The translations under genes and the position numbers were made by a program. A model generated the notes under the pieces. It was not told the origin of the DNA. It made no database searches and worked only from the letters and a program-made list of their open reading frames with translations. Below are positions 1-9,659 of a stretch of DNA of 64,000 bases, one piece after another; the stretch's first letter is position 1; the number at the start of each line of letters is the position of its first letter. Source of the stretch: Oceanispirochaeta sp. (GTDB lineage: Bacteria > Spirochaetota > Spirochaetia > DSM-2461). The stretch spans positions 1,135,761 to 1,199,760 of the forward strand of contig CAXXXD010000004.1 of assembly GCA_963663385.2 (NCBI GenBank), given 5' to 3'.

Positions 1-351
1 CGTTCGGCAGATCTGATAATGGATCTGTCCCGGCATACGGTGGATTCCGCCCGGAGAGCCTCGGAAATGCTGAATTCTCTGATGCCGGAAATCAACAGGA
101 CCGCTTCTCTGGTACAGGACATCAGTCTGGCCAGCAGGGAACAGCATATGGGTGTTGTTCAGATCAATCAGGCGGTTCAGCAGCAGGACCATATTATCCA
201 GCAGAATGCCAGCGTATCCGAGGAGCTGACAGCAACGGCTGAAAATCTGGCCGGACAGGCCTCGGGTCTGCTGGAAGCTGTCCGGTACTTTCAGGTGGAG
301 GAAAACCGGTATCTTCGGGAACAGCCGAAATCGGCTTTGATTGACGGCTGA
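1..351 (+). CDS. Methyl-accepting chemotaxis protein, C-terminal part (starts before window)
   Basis: MCP signalling-domain tail: LVQDISLASREQ..GV.QIN.AV.Q.D...QQNAS.SEEL.ATAE.L; frame open from base 1. Confidence 0.9.
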   Translation, partial: RSADLIMDLSRHTVDSARRASEMLNSLMPEINRTASLVQDISLASREQHMGVVQINQAVQQQDHIIQQNASVSEELTATAENLAGQASGLLEAVRYFQVEENRYLREQPKSALIDG

Positions 352-419
352 TTAATATTGTGCCTTCCTGCTCATTATAGTTTACAATAGGCAGTATGAT
401 GAATCTTGCGTAAAGGAGA

Positions 420-1091
420 ATGAGTATGAAGGCATCCATTCAGGGGAATCCGTCTTTCAGCCATGTGCATATCGATCTGGATCCAGGTGAGAGCATTACC
501 GCAGAAAGCGGCGCCATGCAGTCCATGGCAGCCCGGCTGGATATGAAAGCCGTATCAAACGGCGGGTTTTTTTCCGCTCTGGGAAAGAAAATCTTCGGAG
601 GCGAATCCTATTTTGTCAATCAGTTCACCAATAGGGGCAGCGCCCCCATGCGCGTTACCATCTCCCAGGATGTTCCCGGAGAAATCCGGGCGCTGAAACT
701 GGACGGTACTCGGGATATCTGCCTTCAGAAAGGCTCCTACCTGGCCCATTCGGGGGATATAAAACTCAAAGCATCCTGGGCCGGTTTTATCTCCTGGTTC
801 TCAGGGGAGGGCCTTGTCAAACTGAAGGCATCAGGGAACGGTACCCTCTGGTTCGGCGCCTACGGCGGAATTATTGAAAGAAGAGTGGAGGGGAGTCTTA
901 AAGTGGACGACGGCCACCTGGTTGCCTATGATCCCTCTCTGAAACTGAAAGTCGCCCTGGCGGGGGGATTGTTCTCCAGTTTCTTCGGAGGCGAGGGATT
1001 CGTTACGAAAGTCAGGGGCAGCGGTACGGTTTATATACAGACCCGCAGTCTGAGGGGCCTGGCATCCTGGCTGAATCCCAAATTCCGGTAG
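420..1091 (+). CDS. AIM24 / TIGR00266 family protein (paralogue 1)
   Basis: L.PGESITAESGAM, GGES.F.N.F, VDDGHLVA, GGEG.V....G.GTV.IQTR motifs; RBS AAGGAG. Confidence 0.9.
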   Translation: MSMKASIQGNPSFSHVHIDLDPGESITAESGAMQSMAARLDMKAVSNGGFFSALGKKIFGGESYFVNQFTNRGSAPMRVTISQDVPGEIRALKLDGTRDICLQKGSYLAHSGDIKLKASWAGFISWFSGEGLVKLKASGNGTLWFGAYGGIIERRVEGSLKVDDGHLVAYDPSLKLKVALAGGLFSSFFGGEGFVTKVRGSGTVYIQTRSLRGLASWLNPKFR

Positions 1092-1106
1092 AGAAAGGAG
1101 AGAATT

Positions 1107-1805
1107 ATGCAGATTGAAGTTATAAACCGCCCGGCCAATACGGCAGCCAAAGTTCTTCTGGAACCTTCCGAAACCTTTACGGCCGAGGGGGGCGCCATGA
1201 TTGCCATGTCCGGCGATATGAATCTGGTTACCAGCGTCAACAAAAACGAAAAAAGCAAAGGCCGTAAGCTGCTGAAAGGCCTGGCCCGGACGCTGGGGGG
1301 AGAAGGGCTCTTTTTGAACCATTTTACAGCCGGCGTGAACGGCGGGGATGTCTTTCTGGCCCCTTCCCTTCCCGGGGACCTTGCGGTTATCGAGCTGGAC
1401 GGCAGCCGGGCCGTCAAAGTGCAGAACGGTTCATTCATGGCCTATGAAAACGGGGTGAATATGAATATCAGCTGGGAGGGATTCAAGAATGTTTTTTCCG
1501 GCGAAAACATGATCTGGCTGGAGATGTCCGGCAGGGGAAAGGTCCTGATAAATGCGTTCGGGATGATCTACCCGGTTAAAGTGGATGGTGAGTATATTGT
1601 GGATACCGGCAATATCGCCGCTTTTGATGAGACCCTGGAGTTTAAAATCTCCAAAGCGGGAAAGAGTCTTTTCTCCTCTATTATGGGAGGAGAAGGGCTG
1701 GTCTGCCGCTTTAAGGGTCGGGGAACCGTCTGGTGTCAGACCCATGCAGACAGGGCTTTCGGTACAAAACTGACCCCTCTGCTCACCCCGAAACAGGATA
1801 ACTAA
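1107..1805 (+). CDS. AIM24 / TIGR00266 family protein (paralogue 2)
   Basis: AEGGAMIAM, GGEGLFLN.F, VDTGNIAAF, GGEGLVCRF.G.GTVW.QT. Confidence 0.9.
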   Translation: MQIEVINRPANTAAKVLLEPSETFTAEGGAMIAMSGDMNLVTSVNKNEKSKGRKLLKGLARTLGGEGLFLNHFTAGVNGGDVFLAPSLPGDLAVIELDGSRAVKVQNGSFMAYENGVNMNISWEGFKNVFSGENMIWLEMSGRGKVLINAFGMIYPVKVDGEYIVDTGNIAAFDETLEFKISKAGKSLFSSIMGGEGLVCRFKGRGTVWCQTHADRAFGTKLTPLLTPKQDN

Positions 1806-1815
1806 GGAAGGAAAA

Positions 1816-2502
1816 ATGCAGGAAAATAGATCTGACTATAAATATGATATCGCCTCCGCACCGGATTTCGGGATGGTGAATATTACCGTGCCACAGGGAA
1901 AAACCCTCAAGGCCGAAGCTTCGGCCATGGCCTATATGGATTCCACCCTTAAAATGAAAACAAAAATGAAGGGCGGCCTGAAAAGGGCCCTGACGGGGGA
2001 GAAGCTTTTTATTAATGAGTTTACAGCAGATGCCGGGGATGCAGATATAGGTATAGCCCCGGGATGCCCCGGAGATATCGGCCACCTCTACCTGGAGAAC
2101 GACACGGTTTTTCTGCAGAGTTCCTCCTACCTGGCTTCCTCTCCGGATCTGGAAACGGGAATCGATTTTCAGGGATTCAAGGGGTTCTTTTCGGGAGAGA
2201 AGATTTTTATGATCCGCTGCAGCGGGACGGGAGACCTCTGGTTCAATACATTCGGCGGGCTGATAGCCATAGATGTCCGGGATAACTATGTGGTGGACAC
2301 CGGTTACATTGTGGGCTTTACGGAGGGCCTCAGCTACGATGTTCGTCCCGTGGCCGGGATGAAGAGCCTGTTTTTTTCCGGAGAGGGGCTGGTCTGCCGC
2401 TTTTCGGGAGAAGGAACCGTCTGGATTCAGACCAGGCAGTCCCCCGCCTTTGTGAGCTGGGCGGACGCCTTCCGGCGGGTTGAGAAAAAGAAGAAGGATT
2501 AG
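1816..2502 (+). CDS. AIM24 / TIGR00266 family protein (paralogue 3)
   Basis: AEASAMAYM, GEKLFINEF, VDTGYIVGF, SGEGLVCRFSGEGTVWIQTR. Confidence 0.9.
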   Translation: MQENRSDYKYDIASAPDFGMVNITVPQGKTLKAEASAMAYMDSTLKMKTKMKGGLKRALTGEKLFINEFTADAGDADIGIAPGCPGDIGHLYLENDTVFLQSSSYLASSPDLETGIDFQGFKGFFSGEKIFMIRCSGTGDLWFNTFGGLIAIDVRDNYVVDTGYIVGFTEGLSYDVRPVAGMKSLFFSGEGLVCRFSGEGTVWIQTRQSPAFVSWADAFRRVEKKKKD

Positions 2503-2594
2503 TCTGCCGTCAACCGCCGGTTACGACTCATAAAGTATTCCCATTGAACAGAACTCTGATGATACTGATGAAATTATAAGGAATTTCTGCTAGA

Positions 2595-2801
2595 ATGAAA
2601 GTTATGGATAAAACACAGTTACATCCCCAGTTTTTAATGAATGAACAGGGTAAAAAAACTTCTGTCCTTCTTCCCGTTGAGGAGTTTTATGAACTTCTTG
2701 AAGATCTGGAAGATCTGGCTGTTTGTGCTGAGCGAAGAAATGAGCCGACAATTCCCATGGAAGAGGTTATTAAAGAGTTAGGTCTTGAAGACCGTGTATA
2801 A
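2595..2801 (+). CDS. Type II antitoxin (RelB-like, small acidic)
   Basis: 68 aa, acidic C-terminus LLEDLEDL...IPMEEV.KELGL; overlaps downstream RelE toxin. Confidence 0.8.
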   Translation: MKVMDKTQLHPQFLMNEQGKKTSVLLPVEEFYELLEDLEDLAVCAERRNEPTIPMEEVIKELGLEDRV

Positions 2802-3048
2802 AATTGAATTCAAAAAATCAGCCTTGAAAGAGTTGAAAAAGCTTCCCCGGAAGGAACAAATTTCAATTTTATCAGCGATTAAAAAACTGGCGGAGAATCC
2901 CATACCTGTGGGATACAAGAAAATGGTCGGGTCAGAATCCACGTACAGAATCAGGGTTGGTAATTATAGAATCATTTACAATATCTACAAGAAAGAACTC
3001 TTTATAGAAATTATACGGGTCGGCCATAGAAAAGATATATATCGCTGA
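2785..3048 (+). CDS. relE: RelE/ParE family type II toxin
   Basis: YKIEFKKSALKEL, YRIRVGNYRIIY, VGHRKDIYR. Confidence 0.9.
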   Translation: MKTVYKIEFKKSALKELKKLPRKEQISILSAIKKLAENPIPVGYKKMVGSESTYRIRVGNYRIIYNIYKKELFIEIIRVGHRKDIYR

Positions 3049-3150
3049 GTTTAAAAGCCTTTTTCATGTTAAGCGTTGGTTCGGCCTGCGGTTACTGCCG
3101 GAAAAACTTCTTCAACGTGAAATGTCATTCCGGCGAAAAATAAAATCATG

Positions 3151-3209
3151 TCATAACAAGTATGTTGCTGCCGTTTCCCTTCGGTCACAGCAGAACAATG
3201 GTGTTATGA
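3151..3209. other. Isolated attC-like site (59 bp)
   Basis: TCATAAC-5nt-TGTTGCTG...CAGCAGAACA-5nt-GTTATGA: complementary R boxes and imperfect L boxes; orientation ambiguous. Confidence 0.7.
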
Positions 3210-3216
3210 TTTTATT

Positions 3217-3483
3217 CTATGCTAATATAACCTGCAGTAGAATAACCATTCCCATCACTAAAGCCATCATTATGAAAATAGCCCAAAATTGATTATTGAA
3301 ACACTTTCTCTGAAAATAAGGATAAAGTGTCCAAATACAAAGAAAAAATAATGGTATTCCAAGTAAAGTAGTTGGAAGTAAGTTGTATCTTTCCCTCATG
3401 AAGCTAAAAAAAGGTTCTAAGTGAGAAATTAACTTATCAATGTAGAATCTCTTTGTTAAAAATCTAGGTAAAAAATCACTCAT
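3217..3483 (-). CDS. Small membrane protein, candidate immunity protein for the adjacent RHS toxin tip
   Basis: ATG at 3483 overlaps the end of the RHS ORF; 88 aa with two hydrophobic segments; AT-rich. Confidence 0.55.
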   Translation of the reverse strand: MSDFLPRFLTKRFYIDKLISHLEPFFSFMRERYNLLPTTLLGIPLFFLCIWTLYPYFQRKCFNNQFWAIFIMMALVMGMVILLQVILA

Positions 3484-4270
3484 TATCTGTTTCTTCTTGC
3501 TCTTGATCTTCTTCTGGCTCTGGTTCGTTAACCTGGCTCTTGCCAACAAGTGATCCAACTATACTTGCTACTTTTAAAATAAAACTTGATCTAACAGTTG
3601 AAGAAGTTCCAGACTTTGTTGATACAAATTGACCTCTACCTGGATTTATCTGCTTGTGAAATCTCATTGATCCTGTATTAAAAGAGGGAAGAGTTTTTTT
3701 CGCTATAACATCGGCAGCAAATGAACCCATACTGGCAGTCGTATCTGCCGATAACTCGCCTTCGATGATATCAGCACCTGCATTCAATAAAAGACTTGCA
3801 CCATCAGCCATTAATGCTGCTGTTGCTGCTGTTCCCGCACCAGGAAGATTCCCCGTTATGGCTAAGCCTACAGTTGAGTAATTTGCAACATCTCCTGCTA
3901 TTGAAGAGGCACTGGCAGTATCTCTCAAAAACTCTACAGAAGCTCCTTTCCCAGCTTGAGTAAGATCTTCTTTAGCCTTCTCGTTACCACTTGCAGCTTT
4001 AATAATCGTAGCAGATGCACTTCTTGAATGATTTGCGTATAGACCAACTAAATCTTTTATTGAAGGCATTGTCCACATCCCAGTGGGATCGATGAATTTT
4101 TGAGGATTGTTTGAAACATAGATAAACCAGTTTTGGCCATCCCGAGCCGGGTCTTCAGATATGAATCTCCCGGTTCCGGCATCATACCACCTGGCATTGT
4201 AGTAGTATAACCCGGTGTCTTCATCGAGATCCTTTCCGGTATACTTCAAATCAGGATAGTTTCGTATCAC
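3476..4270 (-). pseudogene. Orphan RHS repeat-associated core plus C-terminal toxin-like domain (no RHS body)
   Basis: YTGKDLDEDTGLYYYNARWYD...GRFISEDP...NNP..FIDPTG followed by a ~200 aa variable tip; the core begins right after the TPR gene stop codon. Confidence 0.85.
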
Positions 4271-5006
4271 CCTGCTGTATCTCTTCTTTAAGTTTTTCCA
4301 GCTTCTCCCGCTTTACCGTACTGATATGGGTAAACTTCTGTTCCAGTCCCTTTGCCAGGGCTGCCAGGGCTTCCTCTTTTTTACTCTGGTGGTTCAGCAC
4401 CTGGGCGTAGTGGTACCAGGCCTCCGGAAAGGCTGGGTTCGTCTCCATCAGTTCGTCAAAGAGGGGAATCGCCTTTTCCCAGTTCCCCATCCTGATATAG
4501 GTCGCCCCCAGGTTATCCATTATCCCTTTGGAGCTGTCGTTGTACTCCCGGGCCTCCAGGTTCAGTTCCAGCGCCCCGGCCAGATCCCCCTGTTCCAGCA
4601 GATAGAACCCCAGGTTGGTATAAAGGATGGTGGTGGTATACCCCTCTTCTTTAAGATTCTTCAGGGCTTCCACGGCCTGGTCGACTTCCCCTCTGCTCCA
4701 CTGCAGAAGGGAGTAGTAGATAATCGCTTCCTCATGGGAAAACTTCTTTTCCCGTATACCCAGGAGGGGCTTCAGTACGGCCTCCGCATCCTCTTCAAAC
4801 CCTCTTGTTAAAAGGACATACCCGCAGGTCAGTTTGTTTTTGGGCTTCATCCCCGAACGGGCAGCCCCTTTAATCAGTTTGACAGCTTTGTCATACTGCT
4901 CTTTTTTAAGAGCCTGCAGCCCCCTGACAAATAGAAAGAAATTCCAGTATTTAATAAGAAGAAGAGCAATCAGGACTGCAATAATAAGAATAGCCTTGGT
5001 GTTCAT
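4251..5006 (-). CDS. Membrane-anchored tetratricopeptide repeat protein
   Basis: N-terminal TM helix; TPR motifs (YTNLGFYLL, MDNLGATY, PEAWYHYAQVL). Confidence 0.85.
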   Translation of the reverse strand: MNTKAILIIAVLIALLLIKYWNFFLFVRGLQALKKEQYDKAVKLIKGAARSGMKPKNKLTCGYVLLTRGFEEDAEAVLKPLLGIREKKFSHEEAIIYYSLLQWSRGEVDQAVEALKNLKEEGYTTTILYTNLGFYLLEQGDLAGALELNLEAREYNDSSKGIMDNLGATYIRMGNWEKAIPLFDELMETNPAFPEAWYHYAQVLNHQSKKEEALAALAKGLEQKFTHISTVKREKLEKLKEEIQQGDTKLS

Positions 5007-5127
5007 GGGAGCCTCCCGTATGAATTACCCTTAAATTATCACGGTTTTCCAATTCAATCCAGAAGGGAAAATATATGGATATTTAGTAAAGCAGCCTACT
5101 TCATAGTTAAGATCAGTAAAGAGTATT

Positions 5128-5172
5128 TCACCCCTCCTGAGGAGGGGCCGGGGGAGGTCCGGAGAGGGGTGA
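5128..5172. repeat. GC-rich intergenic palindrome (REP-like or terminator)
   Basis: TCACCCCTC...GAGGGGTGA outer stem with inner CCCCTCC-TGA-GGAGGGG. Confidence 0.5.
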
Positions 5173-5175
5173 TCT

Positions 5176-5592
5176 CTATTCCTGTTTTTCCAGAGGGATA
5201 AAATCAAAACTCTGGCGATAGCTGATATTCTCCGAAAGGATCCAGTCCCTCTCTTTTCCCCGTATAAGGGTCATGATCAGGGTTTTATCCCCTTTATTCC
5301 CGGTAGAAAGGTATACGGTTACAGACTTCAGGGACTGCTTGTTAACGGTCATCTCCCGGGTTCCCCTGCAGTAGGGATCCAGGATTTCTGCTATTGTATT
5401 CTGTTCTTCAGGGCTTAAATCACCTAGAAAAGGGGCCATCTGAATCAGTCCGGAAAAATCCCTGTCTGCTGCAAGGTCCAGAATCCCGTTGACCGTTTTT
5501 TCCGGCGGGCCGACGGGGGAACAGGACGGCAGAAGCAGAATAAGGCAGAGGAGAAATGTTGTTCTGTAAATGCGATATAAAACTCCGTTCAA
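5176..5592 (-). CDS. Hypothetical lipoprotein
   Basis: Hydrophobic signal ending LLPSC. Confidence 0.6.
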   Translation of the reverse strand: MNGVLYRIYRTTFLLCLILLLPSCSPVGPPEKTVNGILDLAADRDFSGLIQMAPFLGDLSPEEQNTIAEILDPYCRGTREMTVNKQSLKSVTVYLSTGNKGDKTLIMTLIRGKERDWILSENISYRQSFDFIPLEKQE

Positions 5593-5603
5593 AGGATTGC
5601 CTC

Positions 5604-5638
5604 AAAAAAATCCTGCACCGGAACCCCGATGCAGGATT
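5604..5638 (-). terminator. Rho-independent terminator
   Basis: AATCCTGCA...TGCAGGATT followed by a T-run on the minus strand. Confidence 0.7.
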
Positions 5639-5664
5639 GCTTAGTCAGTTGATCGTTACTTATA

Positions 5665-6066
5665 TCAGTTGTATTTTACAATAACACCGCTGATATGGGC
5701 TGTGGCGGGAGCGTACAGGCTGAATGTCAGGCCGTTCAGCAGAAGGTCGATAAAGGATGCTTCGTAGCGGATTTCCACATTTACAGCGGCATCGCCGGTG
5801 TATTTCTGAATCTCTCTCTGAATGGCGTCATAAATTTCCGTATCCATGGCGTCGGAGGTTGCGTTCAGAAAGTTGGAACCGCCGGAATTCCCCAGGAATT
5901 CGTTCACCTTAACGGCGATTTCAAACTCCCCGACCGTGTCGTATGAGGGAATTTCTCTTGTTACCTGAGCACCGGACAGCTGAAAGGTGGTACAGGATGT
6001 TAAGGCAACAGCTGCAATAACAAGCAGCATAATTACTTTTGTTACGTTTTTCATTTTTCTCTCCAT
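5665..6066 (-). CDS. Hypothetical lipoprotein
   Basis: Lipobox-like ALTSC; GGAG just upstream of a second ATG. Confidence 0.7.
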   Translation of the reverse strand: MERKMKNVTKVIMLLVIAAVALTSCTTFQLSGAQVTREIPSYDTVGEFEIAVKVNEFLGNSGGSNFLNATSDAMDTEIYDAIQREIQKYTGDAAVNVEIRYEASFIDLLLNGLTFSLYAPATAHISGVIVKYN

Positions 6067-6166
6067 AAGAAATAGTTCTAATAATATACTCCAATTCTAA
6101 GATTTCTCCATTATAAATCAAGAGATTGAGTAAAAATAAACAACTGATATATATTGTCTCGGCAGA

Positions 6167-6664
6167 TCAGGAGATAAAACGGCTGATTAATCTGACTATA
6201 CCCGGCATAAACACAACTACCGTAATAAGACGGAGAGTGTGCATAAGGGCGACAATATGAGCCTGGGCGCCGTAAGCGTCAGAGATCAGCACAATATTGG
6301 CCAGGCCTCCGGGAGAAGCGCTGAACAGGGCTGTAATCAGATCCATCCCCGTTACTCTGGAGATTATAAATCCCAGAATCAGGCTGAAAATCATAAGCCC
6401 GATGACCATCACAACGGCGGAAAAGAAGATGGACCCCAGTCCTTTTATGGTATTCATATTGAAATTCAGACCGATCGTGGCGCCGATAACAATCTGGAGA
6501 ATCGTATTGGCCTGGGGAGGGACATAGCCGGCATCGCTGATCAGATTATAGACAGCTGTAAATACCATGGCCCCGAAAAGGGCTCCCGCCGGTATCTTCA
6601 GTTTCATACCGATTATGCCGCCCAGTGTTCCAATCAGAAGGGTAGTGATGAATTTTCCTAACAT
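6167..6664 (-). CDS. AbrB-family (putative ammonia monooxygenase-like) membrane protein, single repeat
   Basis: KIPAGALFGAM, IGATIG, TALFSASPGGL, HTLRL motifs. Confidence 0.8.
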   Translation of the reverse strand: MLGKFITTLLIGTLGGIIGMKLKIPAGALFGAMVFTAVYNLISDAGYVPPQANTILQIVIGATIGLNFNMNTIKGLGSIFFSAVVMVIGLMIFSLILGFIISRVTGMDLITALFSASPGGLANIVLISDAYGAQAHIVALMHTLRLITVVVFMPGIVRLISRFIS

Positions 6665-6900
6665 AAGAGCTCCTTATGGTATACAGTATACAATAAGATG
6701 GTCTGATACAATATGCTTCCCCGGGGTCAGGGCCGGAATCTCCGGTATTCCGCCGGTGTCATATGTAGGATTTTTTAAACAAATAATAAAATTGCACCGG
6801 ACTCTCATATCCGCAGTTCCGGGTAATCTCTTTTATGGAGAGTTCGGTCATTTTCAGCTGGTACCAGGCGTGATCAATTCTGGCTTCGTTTATCATCTGT

Positions 6901-7348
6901 ATGGCTGCCTTTGACGATCCGGAGTGGATCCATACCATGCTGGCCTGGCTGAGGGAGAGAAAACGGCACTATATCAACTCTCTGAAAGGCGCCCGATACG
7001 ATATTTTGGAGCTGGGGGGCGGGGATGCATCCACAACTGTTATTTCTCCGGATATCTTCCGGAACTTTGTCGCCCCCTATGACAGCGTTCTGATTGCTGC
7101 CGCCAGAGATAAAACGCCGGGTCGGGGACAGGGTCTGCCTGATCGGCGGATTTGATCAGGGGACCTGTTTTTTACGGTCTACCCCGGCGGAAACGAGAAC
7201 AGCCGTCCGGGATGCTTTTGACGCGGCCGGAGAGGGCGGCGGATTCATCCTCTCTCCGTCCGATCATTTTTTCGATGCCCAACCGGAACTGATTGCAGCT
7301 TTTGCCTATGAAGCCCGAAATTGCGTTTACCGGACAGCAGAGAAGTGA
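6901..7348 (+). pseudogene. Remnant of a uroporphyrinogen decarboxylase / MtaA-family gene (5' truncated, internal deletion with frameshift)
   Basis: DDPEWIH...GGGDASTTVISPDIFRNFVAPYD in one frame; K.RVGDRVCLIGGFDQ...GGGFILSPSDHFF in another; the HxCG segment is missing. Confidence 0.75.
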
Positions 7349-7359
7349 GCTGAAAGCAA

Positions 7360-8598
7360 TCAGTTCGGGGGACAGGATGCCCGGAGCGTACGGTAGGCCG
7401 TCTGATACATATTGATCACCTTACCGGCAGGAATCTCTGCCAGGATATTGTGAATGGATGTGAATACGAACCCTCCGTCCTTCTTCAGGTAACGGCACAC
7501 CTCTTCAACTTCCCGGCTGACCTCTTCCTCTGTACCAAAGGGGAGAGTCGACTGACTGTTAATCCCGCCGCCCCACAGGGCAATCCGGTTCCGGCACTTG
7601 TCTTTCCACTCTTTGTAGCTGTGTTCTCCGGCGCTCCACTGGACCGGATTCAGCACGTCAAACCCGCTGTCAATCAGATCGTCCAGGATATCATAAATGG
7701 CGCCGCAGGAATGGAGGAATGATTTCAGGCCGGGGGCGAGGCTGTGCACGGCATCATTCATCTTCCTGTAATAAGGAACATAAAGTTTTCTGAAATATTC
7801 GGGAGGCAGTATGGGGGCGTTCTGGGTTCCCTGATCATCAGAGTTGCTCATCATTATATCGATATAAGGGGCAATTTCAGGTAATAGGCGTTCCGCATTA
7901 ATCAGAAAGTGCTTCATTTCCAGTTCATGGACCTCCTGAACATACTCCGGCTCTGTCAGGCAGAGCATGGACCAGGATGCCATCCCGTTACGGTATTTCA
8001 GTCCCATGGACAATCCGTTGAACATCACGGCCCTGTCCGTTGATTCCCGCACTCTCCTGCAGTAGGCCGCAATGGACTTTACTCTTTCGTCTGTCAGCAG
8101 CTCCGCCTGCAGCTCCGCCCGTAGTTCTTTCAGGTCTTCTCTGGGAGGATCCTGAGTCATAAGGTCGAACGACTCATCCCCATCAGCATTATCAAATACA
8201 TAGCTGGACGGAACCATTTTAAGATGCTGTTTTTCGCTGTCATACAAAATGGAGTCATCCTCCTGTATGCGAAAATCGTCAGGATTCTGCACAAGCGCGG
8301 GCAGTCTCCCGTTGAAATCGCAGGGAATCCATTTTTCCTTATCCTGAAAAGCGTTGGTCCATTTGTCCTCGCATACGGAAACGACATCACAATTCAGGGC
8401 ATCCAGAACATCCGTATCCGGCAGGGCCAGCATCTGGCACACATCATGGACTTTCGGACGCCGGGGGGGCAGTCCCAGTGATTCAACCAGTTCTGGGTAG
8501 GCAAAGCAGCTGATTCCTGTCGAAAGCATCCCTCCCATATCTATGGCGTGTATTTCCTCAAAAGACAGCGCTTTCATTACCCGTTCTCTTCTTGTCAT
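7360..8598 (-). CDS. Uroporphyrinogen decarboxylase / MtaA-CmuA methyltransferase family protein
   Basis: MTRRERV, DDQGTQ, FLHSCG, LNPVQWSA, WGGG, GGFVF..IHNI. Confidence 0.85.
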   Translation of the reverse strand: MTRRERVMKALSFEEIHAIDMGGMLSTGISCFAYPELVESLGLPPRRPKVHDVCQMLALPDTDVLDALNCDVVSVCEDKWTNAFQDKEKWIPCDFNGRLPALVQNPDDFRIQEDDSILYDSEKQHLKMVPSSYVFDNADGDESFDLMTQDPPREDLKELRAELQAELLTDERVKSIAAYCRRVRESTDRAVMFNGLSMGLKYRNGMASWSMLCLTEPEYVQEVHELEMKHFLINAERLLPEIAPYIDIMMSNSDDQGTQNAPILPPEYFRKLYVPYYRKMNDAVHSLAPGLKSFLHSCGAIYDILDDLIDSGFDVLNPVQWSAGEHSYKEWKDKCRNRIALWGGGINSQSTLPFGTEEEVSREVEEVCRYLKKDGGFVFTSIHNILAEIPAGKVINMYQTAYRTLRASCPPN

Positions 8599-8686
8599 AC
8601 TATAACACTCCGGTTATCTTTATATTATCCTGTTCTGTTATACTGTTCTTATTACAGGATAGCGAGTGATAAATAGGACAAGAAAT

Positions 8687-9592
8687 ATGCAAAAACGGCC
8701 ACTGGGTGAATGGTATGAATTGAAAAGACGGTATAACGGTACGGTATGTATGGGGAAATGGACTTTGTGGTTCCGTTCCGGTAATTATCTGGATTTCAAG
8801 GGATCGCGGAATCTGCAGCACCGCCACTCGTATTACGAGGTATGTCTTGTCCTGGGAGGGACGGGGACTTTCACTCATGGTGATCAGATTCACTCCCTTG
8901 AGACGGGGGATCTGTTTATCGCTGATCCCGGAGTTATACATGAAATCATATCTTCCCGGCAGGACAGTTTGAAAATCCAGTTTCTGTCTTTCAATTTTGA
9001 GAAGGATGAACAAAAACAGACAGATGAAGACGAAACCGTTCAGGATCGCTGTATAGGGGAATTCCTGAAAAATCATGACCAATTGATACATGACTGTTCC
9101 GATCTTGAGCATATCTTCCGGTCTCTGAAGGTGATCTCCCTGGAAGATAACCCTGTGAAACGGCATATCCGGAATGAAACTATGACCAAAACCCTGATTA
9201 TGGAAATAATCCTCTACAGTATCAATGAAATAGAAGAGCGGCATAAGGATGCCTCCGCGGATTCAAGGCTTCAGGCCGCTTTGATATATATGGAAGATAA
9301 CGCTTTCAGGAAACTGTCGGTCGGGGAAGTGTCAGCCCATGCTGCAATCAGTGCCAGAACCCTCCGGCGCTTGATGCATGGGTATTGCGGAATGACCGTT
9401 ATACAGAAGTGTTTCCGGATCAGGATGGAAGCCGCTGCAAGGCACCTGCTGGCCAATCCGGATCAGACGGTTTCCGAAGTGAGTTATCAGTTCGGCTTTG
9501 AGAATCCTTCTGATTTCTGCAGGGGCTTTAAAAAAACAATGCTCCTGTCACCCGGTAAATTCCGTGAAAACGAAGGCACTCTGTTCAGCTGA
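8687..9592 (+). CDS. AraC family regulator with cupin sensor domain
   Basis: HRHSYYEV cupin motif; C-terminal double HTH ending GFENPSDFCRGFKK...SPG.FR; divergent from the URO-D gene. Confidence 0.9.
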   Translation: MQKRPLGEWYELKRRYNGTVCMGKWTLWFRSGNYLDFKGSRNLQHRHSYYEVCLVLGGTGTFTHGDQIHSLETGDLFIADPGVIHEIISSRQDSLKIQFLSFNFEKDEQKQTDEDETVQDRCIGEFLKNHDQLIHDCSDLEHIFRSLKVISLEDNPVKRHIRNETMTKTLIMEIILYSINEIEERHKDASADSRLQAALIYMEDNAFRKLSVGEVSAHAAISARTLRRLMHGYCGMTVIQKCFRIRMEAAARHLLANPDQTVSEVSYQFGFENPSDFCRGFKKTMLLSPGKFRENEGTLFS

Positions 9593-9659
9593 ATGAACCG
9601 GTGCCATTTGCACCGACAGGCTTTTAAAATATTGGGGGCGTAACAGGGATCTGATGAAA

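Noticed and set aside
3484..3558. Upstream extension of ORF 3217-3558
   Set aside because: It overlaps the RHS tip; the ATG at 3483 overlapping the RHS ORF end is the more plausible start
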